Assembly (NCBI GenBank): GCA_018434245.1
Contig: JAHDPQ010000003.1
Span: forward strand, 10,972-74,971
DNA length: 64,000 nt
DNA from: Oscillospiraceae bacterium
GTDB lineage: Bacteria > Bacillota > Clostridia > Oscillospirales > Ruminococcaceae
Reading direction: 5' to 3'
Below the pieces are notes generated by a model, which saw only the letters and a list, made by a program, of their open reading frames with translations, was not told the DNA's origin and searched no databases. Of the stretch, positions 58,406-64,000 are shown piece after piece. The translations under genes and the position numbers were made by a program. Each line of letters opens with the position of its first letter. Within the stretch, counting starts at the first letter, position 1.

Positions 58406-59746
58406 TTAGAAAGCAATCTGCTTAAACAGAGCGATGAGACAGAGGATAATGGCCAGGGGCACGTAGACAAAGCGCCCCACGTTATACCAAAGAGCCCCAT
58501 GCTTTTTCTCTACACCCTTGTTGACTTCCTCCATCAGATCCTCTTTCTTCATCACCCAGAACCAGGAGATGGCCCCCAGAGTAGCGCCAATGGGAATGAT
58601 GTAGATAGAGATCAGGTCCATCCAGGGTCCCCAACGGAAGATAGGCTCCATGTGGAGGCCGATCCCCAGACAGATGACGCACAAAACCACCAGCATCACT
58701 TTGCGGTTGAGCTTTTTAAATTTGTGCAAAAGGGATTCGCCCACTGCCTCAAACATGTTTTGCAGAGAGCTGACTCCCGCAAAGACCATGGCCGTATAGA
58801 GAATAATGGCAAATACGCGACCCAAAGGAATGTCCTGCAGGATTTTAGGCAGGGTGACAAACAAAAGTCCCGGGCCAGCATTTACGTCTACATTATAGGC
58901 AAAGCAGGCGGGGATAATCACCATAGCCGCCACCATCGCCGCAATGGTGTCGAAGAGCGCCGTCTTTTTGGCAACGCCCACTACATCCTCGTTGTCGTCC
59001 AGATAGGCGCCGTAAACAATCATACCGCTACCTGTGACGGACAGAGAGAAGAAGGCCTGACCCATGGCCCAGATCCACACCATGGGGTCCCGGAGCATCG
59101 ACCAATCGGGAGTAAACATAAACTTGTAACCCTCGACGGAGCCGGGAAGCATGGCCACACGAATGGCCAGAATAATGAAAATCCCAAAGAAGACGGGCAT
59201 CATCACTTTGTTGGATTTTTCAATGCTGTCCGCTCCCAGAAGCAGAGTCAGCAGGGTTCCCACCACCACAATAATATGGTAGGGAATCACCGAGTAGTTG
59301 GTCAAAGCAAAGCTCTCGAACCAGGCGCCGGTATCCACCGTCATCAGCGCACCGGTCATGGAGTTGGTAAAGGCTTTGAGCACATAGGCAATGATGACCG
59401 CATAGCCCAGGGCAATACACATGGAGCCCGCCAGAGGCAGCCAGCCCACATACTTGCCGACGCCTCCCTGCCCCCTGCTTTCCCACGCCTTTTGGTAAGC
59501 GCCTAATGTTCCGGTTTTGGCCCGGCGTCCCACGGCATATTCCGCCGAGAGGCCCACAAACCCAAAGATTACAATAAAAATCAGGTACGCTACAATAAAT
59601 GCCGCTCCGCCATATTGCCCTACCTTGTACGGGAACCCCCATACGTTGGCCATACCCACTGCTGATCCTACCGCCGCAAGAATGAACCCCCACTTTGACT
59701 TAAACTGCGATGTGCTGTTAACTGTTGTCTTTTGCGAACTACTCAT
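58406..59746 (-). CDS. Sodium:neurotransmitter symporter (SNF/NSS) family amino acid transporter
   Basis: GSAVGMANVWGFPY..GGAAF, AMGQAFFSLS, GPGLLFVTLP; ATG at 59746. Confidence 0.9.
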   Translation of the reverse strand: MSSSQKTTVNSTSQFKSKWGFILAAVGSAVGMANVWGFPYKVGQYGGAAFIVAYLIFIVIFGFVGLSAEYAVGRRAKTGTLGAYQKAWESRGQGGVGKYVGWLPLAGSMCIALGYAVIIAYVLKAFTNSMTGALMTVDTGAWFESFALTNYSVIPYHIIVVVGTLLTLLLGADSIEKSNKVMMPVFFGIFIILAIRVAMLPGSVEGYKFMFTPDWSMLRDPMVWIWAMGQAFFSLSVTGSGMIVYGAYLDDNEDVVGVAKKTALFDTIAAMVAAMVIIPACFAYNVDVNAGPGLLFVTLPKILQDIPLGRVFAIILYTAMVFAGVSSLQNMFEAVGESLLHKFKKLNRKVMLVVLCVICLGIGLHMEPIFRWGPWMDLISIYIIPIGATLGAISWFWVMKKEDLMEEVNKGVEKKHGALWYNVGRFVYVPLAIILCLIALFKQIAF

Positions 59747-59945
59747 AATAAAGTCTCCCTCCTCAGTAAATAATGTTTCAACGAATACCACCTTAAGCTA
59801 TCGTGTTGTAAGGAGTGCGGGAAGGGATGGAATGAGTGCGGGGGAGAAAAGTATCGAGTGGTCCGATATGGCTTTTCTCCCCCATGGGTATTACAACGAT
59901 ATTATCAGAATGCCGGTTGACTGTCAAGGTCAAAGCCGTTTACAC

Positions 59946-61331
<1,386 letters not shown>

Positions 61332-61403
61332 CTACCTCCTATAATTTCTGCTGATTGGTTGTTTGTCATCTTAGTGATGCATGATGCATTACCTTTTAAT
61401 GCC

Positions 61404-61432
61404 ATAATATCATATGTGTTTTAAATAATCAA
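61404..61432 (-). promoter_or_regulatory. Candidate SigA promoter for tpl
   Basis: Minus strand TTGATT-17 bp-TATTAT with TG extension. Confidence 0.55.
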
Positions 61433-61565
61433 TGGTATTGTTCACTAAATTATATAATTTTGTTTTATGATTGTGTGCATTATATTGTAATGGAAATTAC
61501 GTTTCACAAGTGTTATAATAAATCTGATTGTTCAAAATACTACAAAAGCAGAAGAGGTTCCCTTC

Positions 61566-62213
61566 ATGATAAAGCGCATCAGTCTCAACGAGCAGATTTA
61601 TCAAGCCTTAAAAGCCGATATTCTGGATCAGCGAATTGGGTTTGGCGAAAAGTTAACCAACCGGGAGCTACAGGAACGTTTTGGCGTCAGCTCCACGCCG
61701 GTGAGGGACGCCATCAATCGTTTGTGCAGCGACGGGCTGCTGGAGAACATCACCAACGTAGGCGCGCGGGTTATCCCCTTTGACGCTCATATGGCCCTGG
61801 ATATCAACGAGATCATTGCCGCTCTCCACCGGGAAGCCGTTGCTCTTTCCCTCAAAAAGGGGCGGCAAAACGAGTTGATTCCCGTGCTGCGGCTCTGTGT
61901 CTACCGCCAAACCCAGACCATGGGAACCCCCGATTACTTTGTCCACGACCGCTCCTTTCATCAGGCGTTTTTCGACTATTGTGACAACGAATACCTGAAG
62001 AAAATCTATTTTCAGCACAGCGTGTTGTGGGAACTGCTGGTTTTGTATTACCATAAGGATCAGGGTAGCGACCGCGCCCACGCCATCATCGACCACCAGA
62101 ATATTTTGACCGCCTATGAGGAGGGCAACGTCTCCACCGTGCAAATGTATGTGGAAGCCCATTTTCAGGGAGCCATCAAGCCTTTGGCCAAAATGGCGGG
62201 GCAAAAGCTCTGA
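61566..62213 (+). CDS. GntR (FadR/FCD type) regulator, divergent from tpl
   Basis: SLNEQIYQALK, LQERFGVSSTPVRDAI, HDRSFHQ, NEYL, DHQNIL. Confidence 0.9.
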   Translation: MIKRISLNEQIYQALKADILDQRIGFGEKLTNRELQERFGVSSTPVRDAINRLCSDGLLENITNVGARVIPFDAHMALDINEIIAALHREAVALSLKKGRQNELIPVLRLCVYRQTQTMGTPDYFVHDRSFHQAFFDYCDNEYLKKIYFQHSVLWELLVLYYHKDQGSDRAHAIIDHQNILTAYEEGNVSTVQMYVEAHFQGAIKPLAKMAGQKL

Positions 62214-62421
62214 TTACAACCCCATGGCCGCCAAATTGGCCCAAAGGTATAAGCTTTACCAGAAGGTGTATTCTATCATGGAACACACCTTCTTTTTATG
62301 CAAAAAAGCAAGCTCTTATCCCCTTTTGTTTCTTTTTGAAACAAATTCACTGGTTTGAGTGGTGAATCCTACCATGATCCAAATGAATATTTGGTAAAAT
62401 TAAATAATATTTCCTTTCTAA

Positions 62422-62509
62422 AAAAATGACCATTAGTCATTTTTGGGATTGACTAATAGTCATTTTCGTATATAATTAGATATCGAAGCGAAAAATGACC
62501 GATAGTCAT
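62422..62509. promoter_or_regulatory. Three TGAC-N5-GTCA palindromes overlapping a SigA promoter (candidate TetR operators)
   Basis: AAAAATGAC-CATTA-GTCATTTTT 62422-62444; TTGAC-TAATA-GTCAT 62449-62463; ATGAC-CGATA-GTCAT 62495-62509; TTGACT-16-TATAAT 62449-62476. Confidence 0.8.
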
Positions 62510-62522
62510 AATGGAGGCGAAC

Positions 62523-63092
62523 ATGGCATCTGAAAAGAAAGAAGCAAAGTCATCCTCTATGTTGGAAGCAGCTCACGAGCTGTTTACCAGCAAAGGCGTA
62601 AACGAAACATCCATCGATGATATTGTCAAAAAAGCCAAGGTGGCCAAGGGTACCTTTTATCTGTACTTTAAGGACAAATACGATCTGGTGGACCGCATTG
62701 CATCCAAAAAGAGCACCGCAGTGATTCTGGAAGCCCTCAACGAGCTGGATCGTGCCTGCCAGCAGAACCCCATGCCCTTTACCGACAGAATCATCTTTTT
62801 TGTCGACTACATCATCGAATACCTGCAGGACAATAAGCAGTTGTTCCGCATTCTCTACAAGAATCTTTCCAAGGGGCTGTTTGCCACCGAGGAGGCCAAA
62901 GCAGCCGCTTCCAGATTCTGCGACGGCTATGTGGCCGAGGGCGGGGACCCGGCTACCGCCAAGCAGATGCTGTTTTTGCTGGTGGAAATGGTAGGCGCTA
63001 CTTGCTACAGCGCCATTGCCGAAGAGCGGCCCTACACCATGGATGAAATACGGCCTGCTCTTTACACTGCGCTAAAACAGATCGTCAGCTGA
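62523..63092 (+). CDS. TetR/AcrR family regulator
   Basis: AAHELFTSKGVNETSIDDIVKKAKVAKGTFYLYFKDK. Confidence 0.93.
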   Translation: MASEKKEAKSSSMLEAAHELFTSKGVNETSIDDIVKKAKVAKGTFYLYFKDKYDLVDRIASKKSTAVILEALNELDRACQQNPMPFTDRIIFFVDYIIEYLQDNKQLFRILYKNLSKGLFATEEAKAAASRFCDGYVAEGGDPATAKQMLFLLVEMVGATCYSAIAEERPYTMDEIRPALYTALKQIVS

Positions 63093-63124
63093 CCACTTGA
63101 ATTTTCACAAAGAAGGTGTTGCCT

Positions 63125-64000
63125 ATGCTACAGCGTGTAGCAAGATTTCTAACCCGCAAACCGGCAATCATTGTTGCGGTGGCGGTGTTGCTGTTGATTC
63201 CATCTGCCATTGGAGCGGTGGCTACCCGCATCAACTACGATACCCTCTCCTACCTGCCACAGGAGTTTGAATCTGCTCAGGGGGAACGGGTGTTGGAGGA
63301 AGTGTTTCAAAGTGCCGCCACCACTATGCTCATGATAGAAGATATGCCGCTGCGCTACGCCGAAGAGCTGTACACCGCCATCGAAGAGGTTCCGGGGGTA
63401 AGCAGCGTTACATGGCTGCCCAACATGACAGATATCAGCATCCCCAAGGAGATTTATCCTTCCGGCATGCAGGATATGTTTTTTTCGGAGCGATCTACCC
63501 TGATGATTGTCCAGTACGATCAGCCCGGTGCCTCTGATGAAACCATGCAAGCCATCGAAGAAATCAGAAAGATTTGTAATAAACAGTGCTTTCTGGCCGG
63601 TTTTTCCGTCATCATCAAAGACACCCGGGATCTGGTAGACCGGGAAATGCCTTTGTATGTGGGCATTGCCGTCCTGCTCTCCCTGCTGGCCATGTGGTTT
63701 GCCATCGAGCAGTGGCTGCTCCCCCTCACCTTTATCGTCAACATCGGATTCGCCATAGCCTATAACTTCGGCAGCAATATTTTTCTGGGGGAAATCTCCT
63801 ACATCACCAAAGCCATTGCCGCCATTCTGCAGCTGGGCGTATCCATGGACTACTCCATCTTTCTGGTGCACCGCTATCAAGAAGAAAAAGAAAACTACTC
63901 GGATAAGCGGGACGCCATGGCTCAGGCGATACAGTCTGCCTTTGTCTCCCTGTCTGGCAGCTCCCTGACCACCGTTGCGGGCTTCCTTGCCCTGTGCTTC
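63125..64000 (+). CDS. MMPL/RND family membrane transporter (partial, runs off the window end)
   Basis: Manual translation MLQRVARFLTRKPAIIVAVAVLLLIPSAIGAVATRINYDTLSYLP.., later LQLGVSMDYSIFLVHRY and TTVAGFLALC. Confidence 0.85.
   Translation, partial: MLQRVARFLTRKPAIIVAVAVLLLIPSAIGAVATRINYDTLSYLPQEFESAQGERVLEEVFQSAATTMLMIEDMPLRYAEELYTAIEEVPGVSSVTWLPNMTDISIPKEIYPSGMQDMFFSERSTLMIVQYDQPGASDETMQAIEEIRKICNKQCFLAGFSVIIKDTRDLVDREMPLYVGIAVLLSLLAMWFAIEQWLLPLTFIVNIGFAIAYNFGSNIFLGEISYITKAIAAILQLGVSMDYSIFLVHRYQEEKENYSDKRDAMAQAIQSAFVSLSGSSLTTVAGFLALCF

Overview
64 kb of core-like chromosome from a spore-forming, GC-rich Clostridia bacterium; an Oscillospiraceae/Ruminococcaceae-type gut anaerobe is inferred from gene content and protein style. 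Housekeeping blocks are gdpP-rplI-dnaB-tilS-hpt-ftsH, recA-recX-rimO, groES-groEL with a CIRCE operator, pstSCAB-phoU and an initiator tRNA-Met. Sporulation genes are sigG and spoIIE. Metabolic islets are a LacI/TRAP/nagA/nagB-like cluster, tyrosine phenol-lyase with a transporter and GntR regulator, and a TetR/MMPL pair. I see no integrase, transposase, phage gene, CRISPR array or defence system. The most interesting observations are non-coding or architectural: (1) a complete Leu(CUC)-specifier T-box riboswitch controlling an AMP-forming acyl-CoA synthetase rather than a tRNA synthetase or a classical Leu gene; (2) an orphan IlvN-like ACT subunit overlapping a butyrate/branched-chain acid kinase; (3) an ~840 bp palindrome-rich element built from two inverted modules of the same architecture; (4) RNase J with a ~150 aa basic low-complexity N-terminus carrying an AT-hook, preceded by a ~480 nt candidate leader. 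All calls are by eye; no database searches were run.
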